64,000 nucleotides of DNA from an uncultured Candidatus Rokubacteria bacterium (lineage in GTDB: Bacteria; Methylomirabilota; Methylomirabilia; Rokubacteriales; CSP1-6). The stretch covers positions 576,001-640,000 of the forward strand of contig CAWBMV010000001.1 of the NCBI GenBank assembly GCA_963789955.1. The letters are read 5' to 3'. A program made the translations under genes and the position numbers. The notes under the pieces are model-generated. The model worked only from the letters and a program-made list of their open reading frames with translations. It did not search any database and was not told the origin of the DNA. This document shows positions 11,459 through 23,214 of this stretch, piece after piece (the first letter of the stretch is position 1; each line of letters starts with the position of its first letter).

Positions 11459-12286
11459 GCGCGCTTCCTTGATCGACACGCGCCAGTGAATGCGGTCTTC
11501 CTCGGGCGGATAGTCACCCGCCGCCTTGTGATAGGAGCAGCGGTTGTCCCAGATCACGATGTCGCCCTTGCGCCACTTGTGGCGATATTGCCCGTCGGGC
11601 TGGATCATGTAGCCGGTCAGCTCGTCGATCACCGCGTCACTCTCCGCCGCCTCGAGTCCCTCGATCCGGAGGATCTTGCCGGGATCGAAGTAGAGCGCCT
11701 TGCGCCCGGTCTCGGGATGCGTGCGAATGATCGGATGGAAGACCGGCTTCCACTCGCGGTCCTCTTCGTTGAGGAGCGCCGTCGCCTTCCGGCGCCCGCC
11801 GTAGGTGAAGGCGCCGACCCGCCCGTCGAGACGATCCTTGAGCCGCTGCGGGAGCGCGTCGTAGGCCGCGTACATGCTGGCGAAGAACGTGTCGCCGCCC
11901 CGGCTCGGCACGGCGAGCGCGTAGAGCTGCGTCGCCTTGAACGGCTCCTGATCGTAGGCGCCGTCGGTGTGCCATCCCTCGGCGCCGCGCCGATAGATCG
12001 CCATGTCGAGCGCGCCGTCCGCGCCGAACTTGTTGACGCCGAGCAGGGTGATCTCCGGGTAGTCCGGATGGCGGGTCATCTTCGACGGGTGCGGGCTCAC
12101 GAAGCCGAAGCGGCGGCTGTAGCTCAGGAAGTCTTCGATCGCGAGATCCTGGCCCGGCACCACGACGACGTTGTGGCCGAGCCACGCGCGATAGATGTCC
12201 GCGAACGTCGCGTCGTCGAGCTTCTTGACGTCGACGCCGTGGATCTCCGCGCCGATCTGCGACCCGAGACGTTCTACCTGGACCAT
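11459..12286 (-). CDS. TauD/TfdA alpha-ketoglutarate-dependent dioxygenase
   Basis: WHTDG, GGDTFF, HPIIRTHPETGRK, WDNRCSYH; GGAGG 7 nt before ATG 12286. Confidence 0.9.
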
Positions 12287-12304
12287 CGACATTCCTCCTA
12301 CCCC

Positions 12305-13271
12305 TCAGAACCAGTTGGCCTTGTCCACCACGTTGCGCAGCGGCAGGTCGGACAGGAAGCGGCGCGAGTTGTCCAGCAGGATCTCGAAGCGGCGCTCGTC
12401 CAGGTGCGGGCCGTGGCCGGCGGTGTGGGGCGTGATGAGGACGCCGGGCATCGTCCACAGCGGGTGATCGGCCGGCAGCGGCTCTTGCTCGAAGACGTCG
12501 AGCCCGGCGCCGGCGATCTCGCCCGCACGGAGCGCGGCGACCAGGTCGTCGAGACGCGTCGTCATGCCGCGCCCGATGTTGATGAAGAACGCGGTGCGCT
12601 TCATGAGCTGGAAGCGCGCCCGGTGCATGAAGTGCTCGGTCGCCGGCGTGTGCGGCACGGTCAGGATGACGAAGTCCGCCAGCGGCAGCAGCGAGTCGAG
12701 CGCCTCAGGCCCGTCGAGCTTCAACACGCCAGGGGGCGCTTCGCGACGCCGCGCGTCGATGCCCATGACGTGCATCCCGAACGACGGCCGCGAGCCTTGC
12801 CGCCTCGCTGCCGATCCCGCCGACGCCGACGATCAGCGCCGTGGCCTCCGGCAGGTGGATCACGCCGCCGTCATTGGGCTCCCGCCGCCACTCTCGCCGC
12901 AGCTGTCGCGGAAGGTAGTGGTGGAATCCGCGGGCGAACGCCAGGACGAACGCCATGATATGGGCGCCGATGTGGTCGTTGTAGATCTCGCGGAAGTTGG
13001 TCACGGTCGCCGTGTGTCCGATCAGCGCCGGCGAATAGTAGCCGGCCGGCGGCGCCGCCTGCGGCGCCTGGAGCCAGCGCAGGCGCCGGGCATCCCGGAT
13101 CAACGCGTCCGGCATCGTGCCGAACGCCGCCTCGGCGCCGCCGACGGCGCGCGCGGCCTCGGCCTCGGTCTCGGCCACCACGACGGAAAGCTGGGGCAGC
13201 GCGGACGCGAGCCGTGAGGCCCAGCCGCGCGTCGTCGGTGTTTGCGGGGGCAGCATCAAGAATGTCGTCAT
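12305..13271 (-). CDS. D-2-hydroxyacid dehydrogenase, frameshifted near 12780
   Basis: GVGGIG Rossmann motif, INIGRG, GAGLDVFEQEPL, ITPHTAG. Confidence 0.9.
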
Positions 13272-13333
13272 GATCTTGTCAGCGCACCACCGTGCCGCGC
13301 AGCTTAGTGGCCGCGGCGGGCGGGGTCAAGCGG

Positions 13334-14633
13334 CTAGACCGCGCGAGCGGGCGAGGGCTCGGCGGGTGGGCTGCCGGCCGGGCCTGGCGCGACGTCGCCG
13401 TCCTTGCGGCTCATGACGGCGCGCGGCAGGAATGGAATGAAGAACAGGATCAGCGCCGTCGTTCCGGCGTTGAGCCAGACGAGCTCGTGAAAGACCCAGC
13501 CGTGGCTGTCGATCAGCCACGAGCCGATCAGGTCCGAGCCGCCCAGCGCGAAGTTGCGGGCGCTCATCATCAGGGCGAACCCGAGGCTCTCGCATCCCGG
13601 CGGGGTCGATCGGACCGCCAGGTCCATGAGCGCCAGCTCCGAGCAGATCACCGCGAAGCCGACGGTCGCCGTGGATGAACGGCGCCGTCGTGTGGCTGTA
13701 CCGGAGATAGAGGAGCGTCACCGTCACGTTCAGCACGATCGCCGTCGTGAGGAGCTGCCGCAGATTGAACCGGCGGCACACGACGCCGTAGATCAGCGCG
13801 CCCAGGAGGCCGGCCGCGCCTTCGATGCTCTCCATCAGGCCGATGTAGGGCGCGCTGAAGTTCAAGGTATCCGTCTGCATGAACAGGAGTGGCGTCGTGA
13901 AGCCGGGCGAGATGTAGACGAGGGCGAGGAAGATGCCGCTCGTCCAGAGCGTCCGGGATCCGACGAGCGTGGCGAGCTCGTGAGACGCGTTGGTCAGCAC
14001 GTCCTGGTCGCGAACCGCCGCGGGCCGCTCGGTGAGGACGAAGAACGTCGTGATCGCCAGCACGAGCAGCAGCGCCGTCGCGATGCCGACTGTCCAGCCG
14101 AACGCGACCGCGGCGAGGTAGCCGCCGAGGATGCCGTTCCCCAGCGACACCACGCTCTGGAGCGCCTGGCGGATCGAGGTGATGCGGCCGGAGATGCCGT
14201 ACTTCTGACCCGCCTCGACCATGAGGCCGCCCATCACGGTGCTCGCGATGACCATGAACGCGTTGGCGCCGAAGGCCGTGAGGAGCAGCGGCAGATACGA
14301 TCGGGGCACGACGCCCATCAAGAACCAGCAGACCGCCGCCATGCCGGCGCCGAGCAGCATGTAGTGTCGGCGCCGGGTTCCAAAGAGCGGAAACGCGTCG
14401 GACATGATGCCGGCCAGCGGCTTCACGTTCCACGCGAAGGTCGCGACGACCGCGAACGCCGCGAGCGTCTGGGCCGAGAAGTGCAGCTGGTTTTTCAGGA
14501 GAAGCTGGAGCGGGAGCCGTCCGATGACGGCGGGCTGGGCGATCGTCGTGACGAAGGCGCCGAGCCCGACCATGATGTAGTACTGCCGCAGGGTGAGGCC
14601 GGTGTCCGGGATCTCGGGATTCTTCGCTTCCAG
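13334..14633 (-). CDS. MFS transporter, BT1 (folate/biopterin) family-like, frameshifted near 13670
   Basis: WNVKPLAGIMSDAFPLFGTRRRHY motif; many TM segments; start is CTG 14633 or ATG 14573. Confidence 0.8.
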
Positions 14634-14725
14634 AGCGACCTCTCCTGTGTCCTTATATCAGGAACCGAGCGCCGGCCCCGTAAGGTCCGTGACGGCGCCG
14701 GCGACACATGGAGAGGTGAGTCTCG

Positions 14726-15920
14726 ATGCCACGGCTCGACCGGCTGCCCCAGATCTCGCGGAACAACCTTCTGACCTTTCCGGCGCAGGTCAACGACACG
14801 GCGCCGTTCGCGCGCCCGGCGAAGCCGCTTGCCGCCTGCCGGCTCGCGATCGTCACGACGGCCGGTCTCCATCGCCGTGGCGATCGCCTCTTCACGCCCG
14901 GCGATCAGACCTACCGCGTGATCGCCGTCCGAGACCCCGACGGCCGACATCATCCAGAGCCATACGAGCATCGGCTTCGATCGCGTGCCGACGATGCGGG
15001 ACGTCAACATCTCGTTCCCGATCGATCGCCTGCGCGAGCTGATCGCGCGCGGCGAGCTCGGCGCGCTCGGGCCGAGCTGCTACTCGTTCATGGGCGCTCA
15101 GCGCGAGGTCGCGCGGATCGAGAACGAGACCGGTCCCCAGGTCGGGCGCCGCCTTCGCGAGGAGGGCGTCGACGTGGCCCTGATCACGCCGACCTGACCG
15201 AACTGCACGCACACCGGGGGTGTGCTGGCCCGCGCACTGGAGCAGGCGGGGGTTTCCACGACGTCGATCAGCCTCGTCCGCGAGCACACCGAGAAGGTGA
15301 AGCCGCCGCGGGCGCTCTTCGTGCCGTTCCCGTTCGGGATGGCGTTCGGGCGCCCCAATGATCCCGGGCTCCAGCATCGGGTGCTGCGCACCGCGCTCGA
15401 GCTGCTGGCGGAGCCCGTCGGGCCGGTGCTCCGCGACTTCCCGGACGACACCGAGCCGGGCGACCAGCCGGCGGCGCCGCCCCAGGCATCGGCGATCACG
15501 CCGGCCGAGCGAGTGCTGGACGACGTCGCGACGGAGACGACGCAGATGCGCCGCTATCACGAGCGGTGGCTCGAGACGAATGGCGGCCGCACCCATTTCG
15601 GGCTCACCGGGATCCCCGCGACGCGCTTCCGCGGCGTGGTGCGCTTCCTGGAGGAATTCGCCGACGGCCGGGACGCTGACATGGCGGAGCGATCGGCGGA
15701 TGTACCGCTGCCGAATTTCATCCGCTACTGCGCGGACGACCTCAAGTCGCTGTACTTCGAGGGCCACCTGGCGATGAAAGCCACCGCGGGCGGCGAAGAG
15801 ATCGCGCGGTGGTTCTGGGGCGAGACGGGCGCGGGGCGGCTGCTCCGGCGAGTCCGTGACCGGCTCGATGCGTCGACCGATCCGCGCTGGAAGGCCGCCG
15901 CGTTCGGCATCGCGCGTTGA
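14726..15920 (+). CDS. Selenoprotein, glycine/sarcosine/betaine/D-proline reductase B (GrdB/PrdB)-like; Sec at TGA 15195-15197; indel near 14924
   Basis: LAIVTTAG, FPIDRLREL, YSFMG, VALITPT-UGA-PNCTHTGGVLARALEQAG, PPRALFVPFPFG; frame preserved across the TGA. Confidence 0.88.
15209..15225 (+). promoter_or_regulatory. Candidate bacterial SECIS hairpin
   Basis: GCACACC-GGG-GGTGTGC, perfect 7-bp stem starting 11 nt after the UGA. Confidence 0.72.
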
Positions 15921-15933
15921 CGCCCGCGCGCAG

Positions 15934-16492
15934 TCAGGGCGTGAGGCGTCCGGCGACTCGAAAGCGGCTCGAGCCCTCTGGCGTGAGCACGACCAGCTCG
16001 GCGGGCGCCGGCTGGATCCCGGTGAGCGGGAAGCACGACGGAGCCGTGGGTGACGAGCACGACGTTGCCCGCGGTCGGCCGGCGCCCCGCGAGATCGCGC
16101 AGCGTGCGTAGCTGCTCGGTCTCGGCCGCGCGGTTGTCGAAGAGGTTGCTCAGAGGCGCCCAGGGCTCCGCGGCGCCGAACGCGAGACGTGCGGTCTGCA
16201 GACACCGACACCAGGGGCTCGAGAGCACGCGGCCGACCGGAATGGAGCGCGCCTTGAACGTCGCCCCGACGCGCCGCGCGTCGTCGCGCCCCGCGTCGGT
16301 GAGATTGCGCTGCGTCGAGCAGTCGTCGAGCTTGAAGCCCGTCGGATCGCCGACACCCGGCGTCGTCACGGCGTGGCGCATGAGGATGACCTGACCGCCG
16401 CCGCGCATCAGCTCCCACAGCGCCGCCTCGTCGGCGACCGCGCGGGAGGGAATCGCGAGCCCGAGCGACACGAGCAGCAGGAACAATCGCAT
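15934..16492 (-). CDS. Histidine phosphatase (phosphoglycerate mutase) family, secreted; frameshifted near 16025
   Basis: ILMRHA, SSPWCRCLQTA, LVTHG; signal peptide. Confidence 0.82.
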
Positions 16493-16534
16493 CACGAGAC
16501 TCGGCGTGCGGTGGAGTGTAGCATTGGGGGCGTC

Positions 16535-17587
16535 ATGAGCCCGATCGATCGCCGGGAGCTTCTTCACGGGACGTTGGTGACGGCCGTCCTGGCCGCCGCG
16601 CGACCGGTATGGGCCCAAACGGGCGACTCGACCCGCGCCGCCATGGCGCGCGCGGCCGGCGCATTCCTCGCCGCGCTCGAACCGGGACAGCGCCGCGCCG
16701 CCATGTTCCCGTTCGCGCAGGACGAGCGCATGAACTGGCACTACGTGCCGCGCTCCCGATCCGGCGTCGCGTTCAAGGAGATGTCGGCCGCTGGCCGCGC
16801 GGCGGCGCACGAGCTGATGAGGACCACGCTCTCCGGAGTCGGCTACACGAAGGCCGTCAACGTGATGAAGCTCGAGGAGATCCTGCGCCAGCTGGAGACG
16901 TTCGGCGGACTCCTGCGCGACCCCGACAAATACTACGTGAGCGTGTTCGGTGCCCCGGAGGCATCCGCGCCCTGGGGCTGGCGCCTCGAGGGGCACCATC
17001 TCTCGCTCAACTTCACCCTCGTGCCCGGCCGTCCGATCTCGGTGACCCCGGCATTCTTCGGCGCCAATCCAGCCGAAGTACCCTCGGGGCCGCAGCGCGG
17101 CCAGCGTACGCTCGCCGCGGAGCAGGATCTCGCGTTCACGCTCGCGCGTGGTATCGATCCGAGCCTGCGCGGCCGCCTGGTGATCGCGGCCGACTCCCCG
17201 GGCGACATCGTCAGCGGGCCCGGCCGCGCCGACAGCCTCAAGACGCCGGCCGGCGTCCCGCTCGGCGAGCTCGACGCCGAGCAGCGAGCGCTCGCGCTGC
17301 GTCTGGTCGAGACGTACGCGCGGAACATGCGAACCGACATCGCCGACGACGAGCTTCGCCGGATGCGCGAGGCCGGTGTCGAGAACGTGCGCTTCGCGTG
17401 GGCCGGGCCGATCGACCCGCGGCAGCCGCACTACTATCGCCTGCACGGCCCGACGCTCCTCATCGAGTACGACAACTCGCAGAACCGGGCGAACCACATC
17501 CACTCGGTCTGGCACGATCCGCGAAACGACTTCGGCTCGGACGCGCTCCGCGCCCACTACCAGCGCTCCCACCATCGCCACGCGTGA
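16535..17587 (+). CDS. DUF3500 domain protein with Tat signal
   Basis: IDRRELL leader; WGWRLEGHHLSLNFT, YYRLHGPTLLIEYDN, NHIHSVWHD. Confidence 0.85.
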   Translation: MSPIDRRELLHGTLVTAVLAAARPVWAQTGDSTRAAMARAAGAFLAALEPGQRRAAMFPFAQDERMNWHYVPRSRSGVAFKEMSAAGRAAAHELMRTTLSGVGYTKAVNVMKLEEILRQLETFGGLLRDPDKYYVSVFGAPEASAPWGWRLEGHHLSLNFTLVPGRPISVTPAFFGANPAEVPSGPQRGQRTLAAEQDLAFTLARGIDPSLRGRLVIAADSPGDIVSGPGRADSLKTPAGVPLGELDAEQRALALRLVETYARNMRTDIADDELRRMREAGVENVRFAWAGPIDPRQPHYYRLHGPTLLIEYDNSQNRANHIHSVWHDPRNDFGSDALRAHYQRSHHRHA

Positions 17588-17623
17588 GGGTCCCAACTCC
17601 TCGCCGCCTAGATCGGAGTGGTC

Positions 17624-18337
17624 ATGGCCATCGAGAACGTCAAGGCGCTCACGTTCGACGTCTTCGGCACCGTCGTGGACTGGCGATCGAGCCTCATTCG
17701 CGAGGGCGAGGCGCTCGGCAACAAGAAGGGGCTCGGCGTCGACTGGGCCAAGTTCGCCGACGCGTGGCGCGGGCTCTACCAGCCGGCGATGGACGAGGTG
17801 CGCAACGGCCGCCGCCCGTGGACGAAGCTCGACGATCTCCATCGCGAGAGCCTCGACAAGCTCCTGGTCCAGTTCGGCATCAAGGGCCTCTCGGAGCCGG
17901 AGATCGACCATCTGAACCGGGCGTGGCATCGCCTCGATCCCTGGCCCGATTCCGTGCCCGGCCTCACGCGGCTCAAGACGAAATTCGTCCTCGCGACGCT
18001 CTCGAACGGTAACGTCGCGCTGATCGTGAACATGGCCAAATACGGCGGGCTGCCGTGGGACACCGTGCTCGGCGCCGAGGTCGCGCACCATTACAAGCCG
18101 CAGCCCGAGGCGTATCTGACGACGGCGGCGCTCCTGGGGCTCAAACCGGGCGAGTGCATGATGGTCGCCGCCCACAACGGAGATCTCGCCGCCGCGAGCG
18201 CGGTCGGCTTGCGCACGGCGTTCGTGCCGCGGCCGAACGAGCATGGGCCCGGGCAGGCGAAGGACGTGAAGCCCGCGCGCGAATGGGACGTCGTCGCGAG
18301 CGATTTCGTCGACCTCGCGGCCCGGCTCGGCTGCTGA
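17624..18337 (+). CDS. Haloacid dehalogenase, type II
   Basis: FDVFGTVVDWR, LSNGN, YKP, MMVAAH. Confidence 0.9.
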   Translation: MAIENVKALTFDVFGTVVDWRSSLIREGEALGNKKGLGVDWAKFADAWRGLYQPAMDEVRNGRRPWTKLDDLHRESLDKLLVQFGIKGLSEPEIDHLNRAWHRLDPWPDSVPGLTRLKTKFVLATLSNGNVALIVNMAKYGGLPWDTVLGAEVAHHYKPQPEAYLTTAALLGLKPGECMMVAAHNGDLAAASAVGLRTAFVPRPNEHGPGQAKDVKPAREWDVVASDFVDLAARLGC

Positions 18338-18428
18338 GCCTCGCCCGGCCGTCGCGGGGTATCATAGGCGCCACTTTGCGAGCCGAGCGGCGTCGCGCTG
18401 CGAGGCGAGCGCTCCGGAGGAGCCGTAC

Positions 18429-20525
18429 ATGGCGAAGATCACCCAGTCCGTAGACCTCAGCAGCCGCGGCCGCGTGGCCGTGCTGACCGTCGACAACCCG
18501 CCCGTCAACGCGCTGAGCCAGCACGTGCGCAAAGGGCTGCACGACGGAATCAAGCAGGCGATCGCCGAGAGCGCCGTGCAGGCGATTGTCATCGTCTGCT
18601 CCGGCCGTACGTTCATCGCGGGCGCCGACATCACCGAGTTCGGCAGGCCGCCGGTCGAGCCGGGGCTCTTCGCCGTGCTCGACATGATCGAGGGCTCGCC
18701 CAAGCCGGTCGTGTCGGCGATCCACGGGACGGCGCTCGGCGGCGGGCTCGAGGTCACCCTGGCCTGTCACTATCGCGTCGGCGTGAAGAGCGCCCGCTTC
18801 GGCCTGCCCGAGGTGAAGCTGGGCATCCTCCCCGGTGCGGGCGGCACGCAGCGGCTACCGCGCGTGGTCGGTCCGCAGAAAGCGCTGCAGATGATCGTCA
18901 GCGGCGATCCGATCGGCGCCGACGAGGCGCTCAAGGTCGGCTTGATCGACGAGCTCGTGGACGGCGATCTCACCGCGGCCGGCGTCGCGTTCGCCGAGAA
19001 GGCGCTCAACGAGAAGCGGCCGCTCAAGAAGATCCGCGATCTCGACGACAAGATCGCGCCGGCGCGGGGCAAGCCGGAGATCTTCGCCGAGTTCAGGAAG
19101 AGCGTCGCGCGCCAGACCCGCGGTTTCCGCGCGCCGGAGAACTGCATCAAAGCGGTCGAGGCGGCGGTGAACCTGCCGTTCGCGGAAGGGCTCAAGCGCG
19201 AGCGCGAGCTCTTCGTCGAGCTCCTGAACTCGCCCGAGTCGAAGGCCCAGCGCTACTTCTTCTTCGCCGAGCGTGAGGCGGCCAAGATCCCCGACGTGGC
19301 GGCGGACACGCCGGCCAAGGAGATCAAGAAGGCGGCGGTGATCGGCGCCGGGACCATGGGCGGCGGCATCGCGATGAACTTCGCCAACGCCGGGATTCCC
19401 GTCACCGTCGTCGAGATGGCGCAGGACGCGCTCGACCGCGGCCTCGGCATCGTGCGGAAGAACTACGAGGCGACCGCATCACGCGGGCGGCTGACCCAGG
19501 CGGACGTCGAGAAGCGGATGGGGCTCATTACCGGGAGCGTCGACTTCAAGGCCGCCGCTGACGCCGACATCGTCATCGAGGCGGTGTTCGAGGAGATGCC
19601 GATCAAGAAGGAGGTCTTCGCCAAGCTCGACGCCATCTGCAAGCCCGACGCGGTCCTGGCGACCAACACCTCCACGCTCGACGTCGACGAGATCGCCTCG
19701 GCCACGAAGCGACCCGAGAGCGTGATCGGCACCCACTTCTTCAGCCCGGCCAACGTGATGCGGCTCCTGGAGAACGTGCGCGGCCAGAAGTCATCGAAGA
19801 CCACGATTGCCACCGCCATGACCGTCGGGCGCCGCATTGGCAAGGTGCCGGTGCTCGTGGGCGTCTGCTACGGGTTCGTCGGTAACCGCATGCTCCACCA
19901 GCGCGGCCTGCAGGCCGAAAAGCTCATCCTCGAGGGCGCCGCGCCCCACCAGGTGGACCGCGTGCTCACCGACTTCGGCTTCCCGATGGGGCCGTTCGCG
20001 ATGGGCGATCTCGCCGGCCTCGACGTCGGCTGGCGCATCCGCAAGGGGCGCGGGGCGAAGGCTCCGGTCGCCGATCGCATCTGCGAGCTCGGTCGATTCG
20101 GACAGAAGACGGGCGCGGGCTACTTCAAGTACGAGAAGGGCGACCGGACGCCGATCCCCGATCCGGAGGTCGAGGAGATCATCGTCGACGTCTCGACGTC
20201 GATGGGCATCACCCGGCGCCCGATCGGCGACGACGAGATCTTGCAGCGCCTGCTCTATCCCATGATCAACGAGGGCGCGCAAGATCCTCGAGGAGAAGAT
20301 CGCGTTTCGCGCCAGTGACATCGACGTGATCTGGGCTTTACGGCTACGGGCTGGCCCGTGGCCGATCGGGGGAGGTCCGATGTTCTGGGCTCGATCTATT
20401 CGGTCGGGACTCAAGTCCTGCGCGATGGTCTGCTCGAGTTCAAGAAACAGAGCGGTCGACGCCTTCTGGACGCCGGCGTGTTTGTTGACCAGTGGCGAAC
20501 GAGGGCAAGGGCTTCACGGAGTAGC
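18429..20525 (+). CDS. Enoyl-CoA hydratase / 3-hydroxyacyl-CoA dehydrogenase; 3' end has several indels
   Basis: FIAGADI, GGGLE, PGAGGTQRL, GAGTMGGG, NTSTL, HFFSPAN; end coordinate approximate. Confidence 0.9.
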
Positions 20526-20529
20526 GCAG

Positions 20530-20960
20530 CGCGCGCCGACGCGTTCGTCATCAAGCGCCCCGGCCTCACCGCCGTCGAAGAGCACCAAGGCGCTCCTCGA
20601 CGCGGATTTCGTCGCCTGTGTCGCCGGCGAGCCGCCGTGCGTACTGGTCGCGCTCGCGCGACGCATCGGCCGGCGAAGGGCAGGCGGACGCGATGGCCCA
20701 TGGGCAAGGCCGACCGACTCAAGCCATGCCCGAGATGGGCGGCCTGGCGGTGGTCGGTGCGCTGAAGTCCGACGCCGCGACGCGGGGCATTCCCCGGTCG
20801 CGTTCAGGTCCGGCACCGCCGCCGAGGCGAACCAGCTCGTGAGGGCCGGCGGCATCGGATTCATCCCGAAACCGTTCGAGCCGGGAACCCTGCCCGAGCT
20901 CGTCGCCCAGTTTCTGCGGGCCACGGTCGCACGCGATCGGCGGCCTCGGCGTGCGACCGC
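20530..20960 (+). pseudogene. CheY-like response regulator receiver, heavily disrupted (probably sequence errors)
   Basis: Fragments AMPEMGGLAVVGALKSDAATRGIP and GFIPKPFEPGTLPELV lie in different frames; boundaries approximate. Confidence 0.55.
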
Positions 20961-21108
20961 CGAGGAGCCGTCCCGCGACCGCTTACTGATCCCCGACGTC
21001 CATCCGAAATTGTCAGGTTTTGCCAATCAGGCTTGGGCACGCTTCGCGCCCGAGCCGCAAGTTGCCGAGAACCTTCGATCGGGACCGCCGGCGAAATCCG
21101 GAATCGTG

Positions 21109-21124
21109 TGGCACTCGCCGTGCT
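21109..21124 (+). promoter_or_regulatory. Sigma-54 (-24/-12) promoter
   Basis: TGGCACTCGCCGTGCT = GG-N10-GC, ~65 nt upstream of ATG 21191. Confidence 0.65.
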
Positions 21125-21190
21125 TTACAGCATCTCAAGGGGAAGCATGGAACAGCGGGGCACGATCGGGGCTCGGGCGCGCGGCGGGAG

Positions 21191-21571
21191 ATGAAAGTCG
21201 CTTGCGCCTGGTGTCAAAACGAGGGGCAACCGGCCATCCTGGGAGAGCGGGCGCCGCTCGACGATCCCGCTGAGACCCACGGGATTCTGCCGCCGCCACA
21301 CCGTCGACCTCCTCAACCGGATGCCCTCGCGCTCGTTCCCGGGAGTTCGTCTCCTGCTCGTCGTCAGCGCCAAGGAGACCGCCCTCTACGAGCATCTCCA
21401 GCGCGAGCTGGCGGGCGTGAGCGGTGTGAAGGTCATGCTGATCGGCGCCGTGGCGACCGCCGGGAGGAAGAGCAGACCGTTGCCGAGGCGCATCAAGGAC
21501 TCGACCGGCGGATCCGCCAGGGCGAAGTCTCCGCCCTGGGCTACACGATCATCCGGTTCGGCAAAGACTAG
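21191..21571 (+). CDS. Small hypothetical protein with CxxC...CxxH N-terminus and DRR-rich domain (two compensating indels)
   Basis: GGAG RBS; MKVACAWC...HGI(C)RRH, then LLLVVSAKETALYEHLQRE...DRRRGDRR...DRR...LGYTIIRF. Confidence 0.65.
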   Translation: MKVACAWCQNEGQPAILGERAPLDDPAETHGILPPPHRRPPQPDALALVPGSSSPARRQRQGDRPLRASPARAGGRERCEGHADRRRGDRREEEQTVAEAHQGLDRRIRQGEVSALGYTIIRFGKD

Positions 21572-23192
21572 ACCCCGCGGCGTTCGAGCACGCGCTTCAC
21601 GAGCACGTGGCGCTGGATCTTCCCGGTCGGCGTGAACGGGAGCTCGTCGAAGATCTCGATCGCCTCTGGAAGCTTATAGGTCGCGATCCGGTCTTTGAGA
21701 AAGGCTACCACCTCGTCGAGCGCGATGGCTGTCCGGGACGGGGGATCACGCAGAGACAGTTGCGCTCGCCGAGGCGCGGGTCCGGCACCCCGACGATGGC
21801 CGCGTGCAGGATCTGGGGATGGGTGTAGAGAAGCTCCTCGATCTCGCGCGGAAAGAACTTCTTGCCGCCGCGGTTGATCATCTCCTTCAGCCGCCCGACG
21901 ATCTTCACGTTGCCGGCTGCATCGAACTGACCGAGGTCGCCGGTGCGAAACCAGCCGTCGCCGGTGAAGAGCTCGGCGTTGGCCGGGGGATTCTTGTGAT
22001 AGCCGAGGTGCACCGAGGGCCCGAGCGCCGCGATCTCGCCTTCGGCGCCGGGCGGGACGTCGTGCCCCGACTCGTCGATCAGCCGGAGCCCCATGCCCGA
22101 GGGGCCGGTGCCGACCGTGCCGGTCACGGCTTCGGGGTCGTCCGTCGAGGCGGGTGAAGGTGTGAAAGCCGGTCTCGAGCATGCCGTAGAGCTCGATCAG
22201 GTGTCCGGGCATCCGCGCCCGGAACGCGCGGATCGTCTCGACCGGACAGGAGGCGCCGCCGGTGATGACCACGCGGAGCGACGACAGGTCGAAGCGCCCG
22301 AGCTCAGGGTCGTTGAGCATGGCAATGAGCGAGGCCGGCGCGGTCGGGATGAACGTGACGCGCTCTCGCTCGATCAGCTCGAGCGCCGCCCGGGCGCTGA
22401 AGCGGTCGAGGAGCACCGCACGCGCGCCCGCCATCATCGTCTGCAGGAGGGTCAGGTACCCCCAGTTGAGGCCGAGGGGTAGGTAGATCAGGAAGACCTC
22501 GTCCGGGGGACACCCATGGCGCTGTTCAGGATGCGGCACGCGGGTAGGGTAGTGTTGAAGCTGTGGGTGACGCCTTTGGGGTTGCCGGTCGTGCCGGAGG
22601 TGAACGCCATCCGCATGACGTCGTTCGCGCCCTGGCCGGCGCCGGGCGCAGGCACGGCGGCGGTGTTCACCACGAGCTGTCGTCCAGGGAAACGGGGCCG
22701 GAGTCGCGCCGCCATACGGGCGCCCGAGGACACACACGATCTTGAGATCGGGAGGCCGGCGCGGAGCTCGCGGATCATCGGCACGTAATCGAAGCCCCTG
22801 AAGGTCGCCGGGCAGACGAAGGCATGGCTCTCCGAGAAGCGTAGGATGTACTCGACTTCCCGGCTCCTGAAGTCGGGCCCGATCTGGTTCGCCACCGCCC
22901 CAATACGTTCGAGCGCAAAGAAGACGTAGGCGAACTCGATCCAGTTCGGCAGCTGGATGGTGACCACGTCGCCAGGTCCGATGCCGAGTGCCGCGAATCC
23001 GGTCGCGACCCGGTCGACTCGCGTCTTGAGCTCGGCATAGGTGACGCGGCGTCCACGGTCGACGATCGCGATGCGATCGGGATGCGCCGCGGCCCGAGCG
23101 GACAGGATCGCGTAGAACGTCTCGGAGCCCCAGTGCCCGGATTGCCGATAGCGCGCGATGAGATCGTCCGTGAGCCGAGTCGCGAACTTCAT
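21568..23192 (-). CDS. AMP-dependent acyl-CoA ligase (cyclohexanecarboxylate/DHB-AMP ligase-like), multiple frameshifts
   Basis: FTSGTTGNPKGV, YGMLE, WFRTGDLG, GRLKEMINRGG, TPTGKIQR. Confidence 0.88.
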
Positions 23193-23214
23193 GGCGATGC
23201 CTCCAGCCTGTCCA

